Below are positions 39,410 through 53,014 of a DNA stretch of 64,000 nt, one piece after another. The DNA lies in assembly GCF_009914755.1 (NCBI RefSeq), contig NC_060941.1; one strand, 5' to 3'. The position numbers and the translations under genes were made by a program. Numbering within the stretch: position 1 is the stretch's first letter; each line of letters opens with the position of its first letter. The notes under the pieces are model-generated. The model worked only from the letters and a program-made list of their open reading frames with translations, had not been told where the DNA came from and ran no database searches. The stretch is from the human T2T-CHM13v2.0 reference genome, Homo sapiens.

Positions 39410-41864
39410 GCACCCCTTTACCTTTAAAACTCTGTGAGACAATAACCTCTTTGACAATGAAGACATCTATGATGCTTGCAGGGCTCTCCCTAGAAGGCAG
39501 CTGCATGATTAAAGTAGTTACAGCTGGTGCACATTGCATTTCATCTACTCCCATGAAAAGCATTAACAAAAATAATTCCAAGCCCATAAATGGATTATAA
39601 GACTGCTATTATGTGGCAACATGGGTGGGCAGCTGCTGCTGTACTTCACTAATAAACGTCATGCCCAAAAAGTACCCCCGCAAAAACACAAACAGGAAAA
39701 ACTTTATGCGAACATCTGCCTTCTCTTTTATTGGGCATGGAATTCTTTATGACGAACAGTTTCGGGGTTTTATATCCCCACTTCACGATCAAAGCCTGCG
39801 TCTCTGATGCTAATCACCTGCTCAGCCAATCGAGGAACAAGTGAGAAACCTCTCTCCTGCTCAGCTGTGTCCCTCATTGGCTCCAGCCCTGAACTGCTAT
39901 CTAAGTTTATTTACCCCTGGATGGCTGATTTTAAATCAGCTATGAATTAATAGCTTTTCAGAAATAGAAGCCACCTTAGAGATCGTCTGACTTAAATTCA
40001 TTACATGGATTTAAGGCCATAGAGGCAGGGAGTAAAGTCCTCCACTCTAGGTCACACAGCCAGGTAGAGGCGAGGAAGGACAGAGTAAAGAACATTACTC
40101 AAGATTTCCAGTGCTACTGAGCCTCTGCTGCTCTAAACCCCTCCTCTCCAGCAGGCTCTATACATGAGCAGATCATTGTAGGAAATTTCAGTTAATTGCT
40201 GCCAAGACCCCTGTAAGACTTTTGCTATCATTTCTCTTTTGGTAAATCAAGAATAACATTAGTGCCAATTTTCCAGTTAAAATAAATTTCAAGTGCAAAG
40301 GTTTGAATCAAACTGCTTTGAAAGTCAACTATTCTAAATAAACTTAGGATTTTAAAGGAGCCATACAACCATGGAGTAACATACATAGAAGGGCCTGGGT
40401 GTGAAAAGACTTCAGTTCAGGCGATGTGTTTGGGTCCCATCTGCAGGCCTCTGAGGAGACCTGATGGGGATGATTGCACACAAAGAGCTGCTCCAGGGGT
40501 AGTTCCTGGGGTCAGCTGCACCGGGCAAGGTTTTAGTGCAGATAAAAATGAGAAGTCAGTGCTGTTAGGAGCGGTGTTAAGTGTTGGGACAATAATTAAG
40601 ATATTGAAGCTAGTCTAGGGAACTCAAGTGCCGAATGGACCAGACTAGGTCTGCAAATGTGGTGTAATCTAGATTCTAGGGAAATGGTTTAGGACGAAGG
40701 CTGTGGAAACAGGCGTCCATGAAGTGCCTGTGCCTACTGGGGCATGGGAGTCAGATGGCCCACTTTACATGCAGAGCAAGGATGGGCGTATGAATGAACG
40801 CTTCAAGATTTAGAGTGAGAAACTTGCCCTGTGGGTTTGTGCAGAACTGTCAGTTATATCCAAGGTTCTGATACTTAACTACCCTTCATCTACCCTTCAT
40901 AGTGTTATCTTTCAGGTTTATAGACACCCGTGTCACCTTTTGGAGCAAAAGTGGGTTATATAATGCCGTGGCAGGCACTGCCTCTATTTCCAAGGTAAGA
41001 GAAATATTGTTGAATTTTTTTCTCTTAGTTTCCATGGCTATCCTCCAAAATCAGATGTTTAAACTTATATTTTTAAAGCATCCATTATTATGGCTTATTA
41101 GCTAATGCTGTGTCTTTACTTGATCAATACAACTTACTGTTGAGAGAAAATGTAAATAAAGCAAAATAGAGTAAGAATCACTCTAATTAATGGACAACCA
41201 GTCTGACGATGTTTGAATTCCATCATCCTTGGCATCCTTTTTGTACAATCTTCTAATTTACATATAAACTAGAACACAAAACAGACCCAAATATTTTTGC
41301 AAATTAATTTTCACACAGCCTAAACCATGGAACTTAACTGCTGCATCACAGCGATGTGTTATCTTGCCAAAGTATTTCCCAATGGCACTACTGCCATTCT
41401 TACCATAAATTACAAATCCCAAACGTTCTCTTGGCTCTGGGTCCAGTGAGTTTTGAAAGATGCTCAGTGACTCTGTGATTTCAACTGCTTAAATCATGAG
41501 CCTTGGCAAACCCAAAGCAAAACTTATCAGCTGCTTGTTCAGACCCATGAAATAAAAAAGCTCCAGCTGTTTAATAACACACCTTGGCAACGTCTAGACA
41601 AAAACAACAAAGTTTTCACCAAAAACAAATAGGTCAGAAGAGCAAGGAACCAGAGGAATCAAGTCCGATAAGGAGAGTTAAAACTTGCCTTGACTTCTTT
41701 GTCCTAGAGAAGGTGTTCCGAAGTTAGATTGTGCTTTTAGGCATCTTCCTTATTCATTTGTCCTAAGCCAGCAGAATTTGCTGCTGTGGGCAGGATATTA
41801 GGCACTTGGAATAAGTTTATACAGCTTATGTGAATTTGCTAAATCCTATGGCAACAAGATAAAT

Positions 41865-42520
41865 TCAATTCAAAAGCATTTACTGACAGCCTCTGATGTG
41901 CCAGGCATTAGGGTTGGCACTGAAAGTTGATGCAACAAATCTTTACTGAGGACCTACTATGTGTCAGGCACTGCCATCAGTTCTGGGAAGTCAATTATGA
42001 ATGAGAGATATGGTTCCTATTCTCATGAATCTTGCAGGCTAGTGGGAAATATGGGAGATAAACAAGTTTCTATATGTCTATCTGTGTAAAGTTTTTGGTA
42101 AGCATGTTGTAGAGACAAGACGGTAATGGATCATAGCTTAAAGCATGTATGGGAGAGAAAACCTAGGTAGCATGGTCAAGGGTGGTCTCTCTGGAAGGGT
42201 CAGCTGGTAGACTCTGGAAGGACTGGGAAAGTTGCTTCTAAACAGTGGCAGGAGAAAGGATGTCCAAGGCAGAGCGAAAGTGAGCAGTCTTGGCAGAGAA
42301 GAGCTGGATGTGTTCAGGAACAGAGAGGAAGTCAGTCGACTTGAGCCTGATGGACCAGATGAGGAGAAGAGCGAAATGAGATGGGGGCTGGCTGGGTAGA
42401 CCAGGAACAGATGGCTCAGTGCTCTGCAGGCCACACTAAGGAGTTTGCATTTTACTCCAAGTTAATAGAAAGCCACTGAGAGTTTAGCAGGGAAATACCA
42501 TGGTCTGATTTTTTAATTAA
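41865..42520 (-). mobile_element. L2 3' region (two adjacent 3' ends)
   Basis: caacaaatctttactgaggacctactatgtgtcaggcactg...aggccacactaaggagtttgcattttactc. Confidence 0.82.
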
Positions 42521-44544
42521 AGGCAGGTATCTGCCTCAGATGGAACACAGCCAAGAGCAAGCTCGACTATCCTTGAAGTAGTTTGAATGGGAAAAGAATT
42601 GGTTCCCAAGCAACAGTTGGGGACATAGGTTTTTAAGTGAATTTAATCCTATTGCTTTTGGTGTGTTTAAATTCTATTTCAAAGGCAGAACTAATTGAAT
42701 GTTTTAAAATTATTCTCTTCAAAATATGTGCCAATAAAATCGTGTTTTCCTAGGAACTAGTGCTTTACAAGCCATTCTTTGAAGCAAGGAATATTTTCAT
42801 GAAGACACTCAGCTAAAGCAATCTTTTCTCGTTTTCAAGCAATAAACTAAGTCCCCTACTTTTTGGTCAAGGGAAAGCAAATGAAAGTTGGGAAAATGAA
42901 CGCTGGCATAAAACATATCTCTAGTGAATTCAATCCTACAAATAAAGCCTTCCACTTCAATATAGCAATCTCTACTTTGGGGTTATAAAGCATATGAATA
43001 CATTTTAAATAAGAACTCATATCTTTCCCTTGCTCTTTTCCTCACCAATCCTGATTTACTGTCTCTTCCTCTCTTCTCAACTGTAATAAATCTCCACTTT
43101 GAGCCATTATTAATGAGCAAGTTTAAAATACCCACTGCTGCAGGCTTTTGGTCTGTTTCTGATTTGATTTATTTCATAGATGGAATTGGCCTTAAAGTTA
43201 ACCCCTTTGCTGATGATTTCTTCCTCCATTGCAGGGCCTCTGACTCATAGCACATGGAGGGTCTTTAACTAGGGCTGCCCATTGTTAAAGGTAAGTTCTC
43301 CCATTGAGAACTAGGGCTGTCACTTGGGAACCTCTAAGGAATTGCATATATCCTATTTAACCCATAATCATTAATTTGTGCATTCATCTAAAAAATTAAT
43401 GGACTGTATCTGATGAACCAGGGATAGAAAGATAAATCAAAATGCTCCCACTCTTCAGGACACTCAGTATGGTGGGAAGATAGACAAGCTAACAAATAGT
43501 TATAACAAAATATGATAGATGTTATAATAAGGGTATGTGTATATTAAGGCTTAAATTAATTCAGAGCAAGAAGCAAGCTGACCTGGCCCTTTTCTCAAGT
43601 GCTAAGGTAAGCCTTACTCATAGAGAGTGCATTATTTTAATCCTATTGCTTTAGGTGTGTTTTTAGTCTTGTAACTAGTTAAAACATTGAATCATCTCCT
43701 CAAACAGAGATATACTAGTCCTAACAACTAAGATGGATTATCACCGGAATGCCAACTATTATACAGGGAAAATTTAAGCCACTGCATCTTCCATCTTCTC
43801 ACTTCTCCAATATTTCTCCCATACAGCTATTATTCCATGGGGAAAAGATCATTAGTACCATGTCCTTACCACAGAACCATCAGAAGGTGGCTAAATTACT
43901 AGGTGGCTTCATTTCTCTAGCTGTAAAAATGGGGGTGACAGCTACTTCACAGAGCTGTTGGGAAGATTGTGAGAATGTATTTATAAATGGTCTAGCATAA
44001 TGTTGGCTCTATAATAAGGATTTAAAACATTGGAGAAGGGGTTGAGTGAGGAGGGGGAACAGCATGAACCACAGTGTGATTCCAACACTGTAGCATTCTC
44101 AGGGCAGAAACAGTCGAGGGTGAAGGATCCAGGCAGAAGGGTACAGGGAGGCAACTTTCAGATGCCCACCCAACCCAGCCTGGTTTCAGAACAGGGCACT
44201 CTGATGGGAGTCTAGGTCAAGGGATTAATTGCTTAATTCCATACTTTCAATGAGCCATGTGCATTTATTTCTTGGATCCATAGGTCTCAATGTCTGGATA
44301 AATGAAGGCAGTGAGCAGTGATATGGGTCATCCAATAGGGTTTTTAACTCCAAAGAAAAATCATTTTAATGTAGCTTTTGGGAGTTGTCAGATTACTTAT
44401 TTGTGCAGCAGCAGCTTCGTCCTTCTTCCTGTTTGTACTTGGTTCCAAGTGGTGACTGGCTGGATCCCCAAAAGCACATCACTAAAGGTAAAGAGAAAGG
44501 AGGAAGAGGGAATTCTCTTTTGCTGATCACCCCCTGTTTAACAA

Positions 44545-44695
44545 GCTCTGTGCTAGGAACTTGACACATCTAATCTTGCTCAATCCTCCTCATTATTATT
44601 ATTTTACAGGTGAGGAAAATAATACTCAAAGAGGTTAAATGACTTTCTAAGGTCACCTGGCCAGTAGGTTAGGGAACTAGAATTTGAGATCAGTT
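44545..44695 (-). mobile_element. MIR
   Basis: attttacaggtgaggaaaa...gaggttaaatgactttctaaggtcac. Confidence 0.75.
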
Positions 44696-44719
44696 TCTTT
44701 CTTTAAAACAAACAAAGAA

Positions 44720-46080
44720 AAAAACCAAAGGAAGTAATGTATGTATGGTAACAGGTCAAATGATCCACAGGTGTATAAAGCAAGAGGTAATCATCTCTTC
44801 CTCCTTCCAGTAACATCCTGAGGAAACCAGTGTGAAAGTGTATTAGGCATCATTCAACATCTTTCAGTATACTCCTACAAACACACATACAAATATATAC
44901 ACATGTATATATATATTTGAGAGGTTCTTTTCTAAAAAAGAAGTATTTTTATAAAAAGTAACATTATGCCATGGATGTCCCTCCATGTCCATACTAATAG
45001 AGCTTCTCTTTCTTGTGTAAAGCTACAGAACTTCTACAGTTTGAATGCACTTCACTTTTCTCAATCATTCCCTAGATGAAAGACATTACAGTTATTTCCA
45101 TCTTACTTTACCATGAAAATCAATGCTGCAATAAATAGCCTCAGAGATATTCTTTTTCATACTGGTGCTTTCATTTCAGTAGAAAAGATTCCTAAAGGTA
45201 GTATTGTTCAGTCAAGGTAGGCACATGCTTTATTTTAATAGATGCTGTCAAATTAGTTTCAAAGATACTGGTAGTGACTATGATGAACATTTACTCTCCT
45301 ATCGGCAATGTGTGATGCATCCATTTCCCCAAAATCTCCATAGTATTGGATGTTATTTATTATTTATTTTTAGCAATCTACAGGAAGAAATGGTATCTCA
45401 CTGATTGAATTTGCATTTTCTAGCTACTAGAAATATTTCTAGTATATTCTCATATGCTCATTGATTATTTGCATTTCTCTTCTGATCGTATTCTTCACAT
45501 ATTTTTCTCTGGGTTATTTATGTTTTTCATTTCAACTTCAGCTGTCATGTGAATTATGGAGATATTAACCTTTTGTGACATGGTATAAATATTTTCTTAT
45601 AGCCTCTTATCTAGCTTTTAAACCTTGTTTTTGATATTTTGCTATATAAGGATTTTACCATTTTGTATGGTTGGATTTGTTGATAATTTTCTTTATAAGG
45701 TTTCTGGGTTTTCTCTCTCATTTAAGATGGCCTTTCCAACTACAGGTTATATACGTGTTTTTCTTACATTTTTATAAAATATTTTTATTGTTATACTTTT
45801 TACAACTTGATTATTTAAAAATATACCAGTGATTAATATTTGTATATGCTATGAGACAGGGGTCTAATATTTTTTCCCTGATAAAAAGTGAATAATGCCA
45901 GCATTATTTATTAAACAAACCATCTTTCACCATCAAACTGAACGCCCCTTTGATCACAGATTAAGTTTCCATATGTATTGGATTTGCTTCTGGTCTTTCT
46001 AGATTGTTTCACCTATTTGTGTATTCTTGTGTAAGTGTCATACTGTTTTGAGTGTAGTAACATTTATGGTAATTTATACG
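44720..46080 (-). mobile_element. Old L1ME-like fragment
   Basis: caatcattccc...aatgctgcaataaa...ttttaatagatgctgtcaaatt...aaatggtatctca...ttgcattt...cattatttattaaa. Confidence 0.8.
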
Positions 46081-46799
46081 ACAAAACTTCCTTCCTGATC
46101 AAAAAGATGCTGCTCTTCCCCTGCTACCACTACGGGACCGTAAACACCCAAGCTCCACGGAAATCTGGAGTTAGGACTAGTGATCCTAGGAACCCTTAAG
46201 CTGTTGGACCATTCTTGGGGGCACAAGACTGTCAGAGGTTATCTGGCTCCTCCTCATGTCTTCAGGTAGTTAGGTACTTCAGTCATACTTGATAGAGGAC
46301 AGTGTCTGCCCCTTTCCTCAAAAAGCCCTCAAGGGGAAATTTGCTCTTTTAATCACCTTGGAAGTAGACTTTATTATCGCCCTGATTCTCACCAGTCTTA
46401 ATGGAATCTGAGACATAGAGACGTCAAACTAACTTGTTCAAGATAAACAAAAAAAAAAAAAACACCCTGGCAAGTGGTGAGGTCAAAATTCAAAACTCAG
46501 GTTGTTCTGGCTCCAGATTCCTTGTGTTCTTATAACTCCTGTGCTATACTTCCTCCCTAACCTGGTGCCCTGACTTAAGCCAAACATGTTTTCTTCTGAG
46601 CCTCAGTCTCCTCCTTTGTAAAATCAGGGTCATAAGAGGACACACTTTGCTGAATATCTTTGTCCACCAAAGTGATAGTGAAAAATCAAAACAATAAAAT
46701 TAGCAATGATCATCATAGCCAATTCTTTTTATTCACCAAGTCATGGAGTATGCCATTGGTGGGAAATCAGAAAGAAGGTAGATTTACATCAAATTCTAC

Positions 46800-46960
46800 A
46801 TAATTGCAGTCCCCAAAGATGGGTACTAGTTTTCCCATTTTACAGATAGGAAACTGAGGCTCAAAGAGTTGAGTAATTTATCCAAGGTTATTCAGCCAGT
46901 GCACAGCTGAGCTGGTGATTTGAACCCAGGTCTAAAATTCCCACTCTTATTCTGCTCTCA
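46800..46960 (-). mobile_element. MIR
   Basis: cccattttacagataggaaactgaggctcaaagag...gatttgaacccaggtct. Confidence 0.85.
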
Positions 46961-49409
46961 TTCATCCCTCAGACCTAGCACAGAATTAAGATGAATTAAG
47001 CTGCCATTATGGTTTCCTCCTCAATATTTTGCTTTCTGAGAATTAAGCCTCCTGAATCAGGTGACTCATTCTTGCGAGAATCCACAGGAAGGCATAAAAG
47101 ACAGTCTGGTTGACGTAGGCATTAAGCTCTTGTGTGCCTGTATCAGGTTTAAGATTTAGTCTAACAGTTGTATTAAGCATTATCAGGTTACATTTGGCTA
47201 GCAATTTTTCTTGCCCCATGTAATTACAGGTGCTTCAGATAAAATCTGAAATTAGTTGATAGAAACTGGGAATTAAAACCACAAAGAGAGGAATGTCTCA
47301 ATGCATGTCAATAAACCAGCCCATTAATTATTTCTACCTACTCAACTCTGAAGAAAACGACCAGGCTGATGCCTCTGGATAATCACATGACCTACTTGAT
47401 GTTTATACAAAAGCTGAATCTTCTTGGCTTTCAGAAGCAAATACCAGTAATGTTGAAACCAGCAGGGACACAAGAATTAAATGCCAGAAAAAAATAATAT
47501 GACCACTGAAAATAGGTGATCTTCTTCAGCCTTTGTAAATTCTGAAAGTTCACCAAAACAGTATCAGGTGATGATTTCCCACAAATTCAAACATCTGGTG
47601 AAGCACTTCTAAAATCCTGCAAAACATCTGGATATCATGGAATACATATGTATGTATGTATATGTTTAGTATGTAAACATCTCACTGTCCCTCTATCCCT
47701 TTAACACTCACTCTCTCTGTACGTACATGCAAAATTATACCCTTACACACATGGCAAAAGTAGGTGAATAATGAAGGGTACAGTAGAATTGCAAACCCTA
47801 CCACATATTAATAACTGTATATGGAGATCAGTTGAACTTAGCCTTACAGCCCATTGCAGCAGTGGATACCTCAGTTTTTGCAATTTCTCATTGTCTTCAC
47901 ATTTGTGTAATTCTATAGAAACCTCCAGCTGTTCCAGTCTGTCTTGAGGTTTATGTGTATGTAGGGTATTTTCTTTATTATTTACACAAATAACAGGGCT
48001 TAGTTATCTTCATGAGACATCAGGAGAAATAATCTTCATGCTGCCACTGAGTCTTGGAACCCAAACACAACACAACTGGTCACCAAAGATGGAACGAAAC
48101 CACATATATAATCCGTTGGTGTTTTAATGATTTTGCACTAGGATTCATTGTCCAATAAATGTGCAATGTATTTTTTATCGAGGTGCTAGATTTTGCTTCT
48201 ATGATATAGTGTCTTGACCAACACATTTCACTTGTCCTCTTAACTTTCCTGTTAGACTTTTGTATAATTACACTTCCTATTAGCCAGGAAGGAAATCTTG
48301 CAGGCATTATATATATATATATCTGTCATCTCCCAAATCTTACCATGATCAAATCTGGGTGATAGCTTTGAATGCTTTGAATATTGAACCTAGCTACTAG
48401 TAGCCTAATGCAGGTTCCCACTGCCAGGTGCCTTAGTTTTTACTACAGTATCTTACTAAAGTTCCCTTTTACAAATGACATGAGAGCTTGGCAGACAAGG
48501 AAGAACCAGGACTAAAAATTGGGCTAGGTCCATGGTCCACAACAGAATTTAGTGCACAGCAATGTAAGGATGATGTTACTCTAGACCTGTGTTCCCTTGC
48601 AGCCCTGGAGTTCTGATTTGATGCTACCACCATGTTGCCAGTTTCCATTCCAATACTTGACACAATGTAGATACTCAACAACTACTTATTGAGTGGGTGG
48701 ATGGATGCATGGATGGATGCATGAGAGAGGGCAGGACCAAGTGTCTGCTTTGCATACCATTTTCTCTCCCGTCCTTGTCATACTATGATCTTACAATATA
48801 ATTTGTAGAATGAGTGGAGAATTATTCTACTTCATTTCAATACCCCCAATAACACAATATGCTCATGCTTACTTTTGTGCTTTTGCTTTAATTATTCTTT
48901 CCACTTTCTACACCCCATAGTCAAATTCTATACCTCTTAGCACCCCTAATTTAAATACTAATCCCTCCATTAAGTCATCCTTTACTATTGAAATCATCAC
49001 TCTGGATTTCTAGAGAAGCTGGTTAGGTGCTAGAGGATTCCTACTTAATTATGCATGGCTATATTGTTCATTGTCTTAAAAATGCATTTCCTAAATAGAT
49101 GCAAGTTCTTCAAGATCAGGAACTCTGATATGGCACAAGACCTAATTACAGGGCCTGGGCCTATAAAAGGTGACTGACCAAAAGTAAATATCTCTAAAGG
49201 GTTTTTAAAGAAAATCTCTTGTATTCAAAATGACTCTAGCAGGAAAATAGATTTAGTGAATTTCTGGCACTCCTCAACACCTTGTACCCAAATGTATGCC
49301 CAGCCTTTCGGGGCTCCTGGCAGTTCCACCAACAAGCCTTTGCCTGCAGTGGCTGCACTGCCTGGAGCATCCTTCCTTACTTTCCTATGCATGGAGTGCT
49401 TGTTGCAAG

Positions 49410-49546
49410 CATGATCTGGGACTCAAACCAGAGACTCTGATTAAATAAGTCTATGGCGGGATCCAGAGATTTGCATTATTTAACAAGCAGCCCAGCTACT
49501 TCCCATGCAATTGTCCATAGGTCATGATAATAGGAGAAACCAGCTG
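49410..49546. mobile_element. MER5-like hAT-Charlie fragment
   Basis: ccagagactctgattaaataagtct...atttgcattatttaacaagc...gagaaacca. Confidence 0.6.
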
Positions 49547-50239
49547 ATGAAATTAACATTTATTGGAAGAAAGCAGGTTTTTCTCAGCTTTACAAGGTCA
49601 GCAACGTGACCTTAACAATGACAGGCCTAAAGGGAAAAACACATCGACTAAAGGGTCAATAAGAAAGTATGGAACAGAGAAACAAACATTCAAATGTTGC
49701 CTCCTGCCCTGCCCCTTGAGAGAGTTACAGAACAGTATCTCCTGGTGGGGTTAGTAAAATTTCACTGGGACCCACCATTGCTCTCAATTTTCTCCACCTT
49801 TTGTTCTAATTCTTCGTCCACCAAACAACCTTTGGATAGAGGTTACCAAGTGTTCTAATCCCAAGAAAGAAAAAGAATGTCTTAGATGGCAGACATGAAT
49901 AGTTCTGTTATAGAAAGGGGATTTCCCAATTCCCACATTTTAAAATGAATGGTCATAATGGCTTATTCACCATCCTGTGCTATTTTAATGATCACCAGTC
50001 AGGCCTAAGGTCCAAATCAGTGAATATACCAGGACTATCCTGTTTCTGGAATTAAGAATATGTTTATCAGACATGGGGCCATGAAGTTTTAACCGGTATG
50101 TGGCCTCCAACAGGCACTGCCAGCAACCAGACCCTGCCCCTCAATGGCCTACCTCTGCAGGCTACCCTCACCTTATGGGAAGAGAGTCTGCAACTTATCA
50201 TCACGTAAGAAACAATAAGCTGCATTTAAAAACCAAAAA

Positions 50240-50560
50240 TGATTTGTGCACAAAGACATTAACAAGAACATAATTTATCATAATGAAACACTGAAAACAA
50301 TCTAAATGTGCAACAATAATAGGGGAACGGTTTAGTAAATTAGGTATACTCACATAAAGAATATTGGTGCCATCATTAACATAAATTTTAACAATACAGC
50401 AAATTTTTATATATAGTCTCAAATATATAAAACAATGTGCACTGGAGGGACAAAAAAATAACCAAAATGTGGATAGATGTTATCTCTGGATAGTGAAATT
50501 ACAGGTGAATATTAACATACATGTATATTCCAAGCTATTTACAATGAGGAGGTAGTACTT
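50240..50560 (+). mobile_element. Old L1ME-like 3' fragment
   Basis: aaaacaatctaaatgtgcaacaataataggggaacggtttagtaaattaggtatac. Confidence 0.65.
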
Positions 50561-51752
50561 TCAGAGTTAAAACATTTGAAAAATAAGACTGCTTATTTGG
50601 GCCAGATTTTAACACTACAGAGAATTATATTCTGTTAAACTGATTAATTTTCTTATCACATCTCTTTTCATTAGCAAGGAAATGATAAAGAGACTCTACT
50701 TCTCTGCACCCACTTTCCGAATTTCTGGGTCAACTGGGATGATCCGGGTAGACCCAGGAATAACATGCAGGTGGTACACCCTCCCCTTGTAGGAAAGGAG
50801 AGAAAGGGCAGTCACACTTAGCAGTTGTCAGAAAGAAGACCTGGGAGACTTCTCTATATCAAGCAAGAATTCCTCCTTTTCATCCCTGCCCTTGGACAAG
50901 AGAAGCTAATAGGGATTTAGTTAATTGGCTGGTTTTCATCCTAATTGGCTGATGAATCCATTCCAATCTCAAGAAAAATTGCAGAGGAAGAAACAAATGA
51001 GGGCTCAGCTGCCAATTGATGTTTTAGAGACGGCATTTTATGTGTCATGAGGTCTGAGGTCCTGGAGCTCAGAGTATTAGCTTTCCGGGAGACTGGGGCT
51101 CCATCAAGGGTGGGGTAAATATCCTTGCTGGGAGACCACAGGCTTTCCTGTCTCATTGAAGAAAAACCGAAAACGATGGCACACATTCGATTTTGTCATC
51201 TAATGCTAAATTCAGATTAAATCAACACGGACTCGTTCTGGGGTAGGGACAGAAAACTCCAGGGGGCTGAGGCTCTTGCATTATGTGGGCCTTCTGAAGG
51301 TGCCAGGTAAGCCGATGTCAGCTGAGTTTGCTCCTACTTTTCCCACATCAGTCAGTTCTACCACTTAACAGGGGGATTAGTAATCTCATTTCTTGGGACT
51401 GTCATCAAAGTATCAGAATAAAACCACTTAGTAGAGCTAGCCTTCTGCAAAATGTTGAGGTGGGCTAAATTGGTCTTCCACACCTTGTCACCTGCCTTTT
51501 AAGCCTCCTTCCCCTCGACTCCCTTATCAGGTAGGCTATTTCCATTTCTCACTCCCTTTCAGTCTAGCTCTCCTGCTCCCCATGCAAGATTACACCTCTC
51601 ACAGTCACACAGTCTGAACTGCTCATTGGTACTTACGATCAGATATAAACAAAAACACACTTAGGAAAGGTGGGAATGATGATAGAAATTTGTGCTAGCT
51701 AAGAAATTCAGGCCAGATGAGGGCTATGACCAAACCATCCTAAAAAGATCAC

Positions 51753-52124
51753 AGGAAATCTTGTCATTTGGGACAACATGGATGAACCTGGGGGGCGGCT
51801 TATTAACTAAGCCAGGCCCCGAAAACAAATACTGCATTATCTCACTTACACGTGGATTCTAAAATAGTTGAACTCACAGAAGCAGAGAACAGAATGGTAG
51901 TTACCAGGGCTGGGACAAGAGGAGCAATTGGGGAGATGTTAGTCAAAGGATATAAAATTTCAGTTAAGTGGAATAAGTTCCAGAAATCTATTTTATTAAC
52001 ATGGTAATTACAGTTAAAAACAATGCATTGTCTACTTGGAAAGTGCTAAGAACAGATTTTAAGTGTTTTCACCACAAAAAAATAAGTGTGTGAGGTAAGA
52101 CGTATGTTAATTAACTTGATTTAG
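51753..52124 (+). mobile_element. L1MA-like 3'UTR fragment
   Basis: aggaaatcttgtcatttgggacaacatggatgaacctgg...agaagcagagaacagaatggtagttaccagggctgg...tatgttaattaacttgatttag. Confidence 0.88.
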
Positions 52125-52991
52125 TTTAACTACTTCAATCTACTGATCAGATGCTTGTAGTATCTCTGGGGATTAAGAACACTCAATGGCTCCTCATTGC
52201 CACTGGTGCACTGAACCTCCTTTAGTCTGGCTTTGACTGCCCTTTGCTGTCTGGCAGCAATCCATCCCGTGGGACCTGTTTTCTGTGGCTCCTCATCTTG
52301 GCCTCTGGCTGGATGAGAGTCTGACATTTCCAGTGTGTCCTGGTGCTTTCCTTTCTCCATCACACCATGTCCCTCACCTGGCATGCCTACTCATTCAAAT
52401 CTTACTCATTTTCCAAGGCTGGACTCAAGTATTGCTTCCTTTGAGGATTTTCCTCAATGCTCCTTACATTAAGTGATACTTTCTTCTTCCTCTAAAATTC
52501 TGTTTTATCCAATGTCTCTGCCATTTGTAACATGTCTTATAACAATAGCAGAAAGCATGTTTTTGCGTTTTAATAATCCTTGTAGCTTATAGTATGATAA
52601 TGAAATATACGTTGTTTGATGAATGAATGAGGAGTGAATTTTTAAGGTATCCTGGGCATAAATTCTGAGTGAATGCTACCACACCACACAGCTGGACCTT
52701 TCTCTTATTCTTGTTTACTTGCTCTGGCTCTCATATATTCGCACATTTCTGTCAGCACAATTAGGGTATCTAAATTGAAAAATAAAATATTGATAAGCAG
52801 AGAGAAAAACAGTAAAAACAAAAATATGATGAATGCTTCCATTGTCTCAGAAATGACAGACCTTTTTCTACTTGGCCTTTATAATGTAATTATTTAAGTA
52901 TTTCTGTATGTAGAATCCACCTTGCTCTTTAGAGGCCCTCAGGCACTTTTTACAATGCAACATCTTGATTTTGGAATGCATCTTCATGTGC

Positions 52992-53014
52992 AAAAAAAAA
53001 AAAAAAAAAAAAAA
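52992..53014. repeat. (A)23 run with no recognisable SINE body
   Basis: Direct count. Confidence 0.9.

Noticed and set aside
52992-53014. Poly(A) as the tail of a processed pseudogene
   Set aside because: No upstream ORF similarity, polyadenylation signal or TSD detected.
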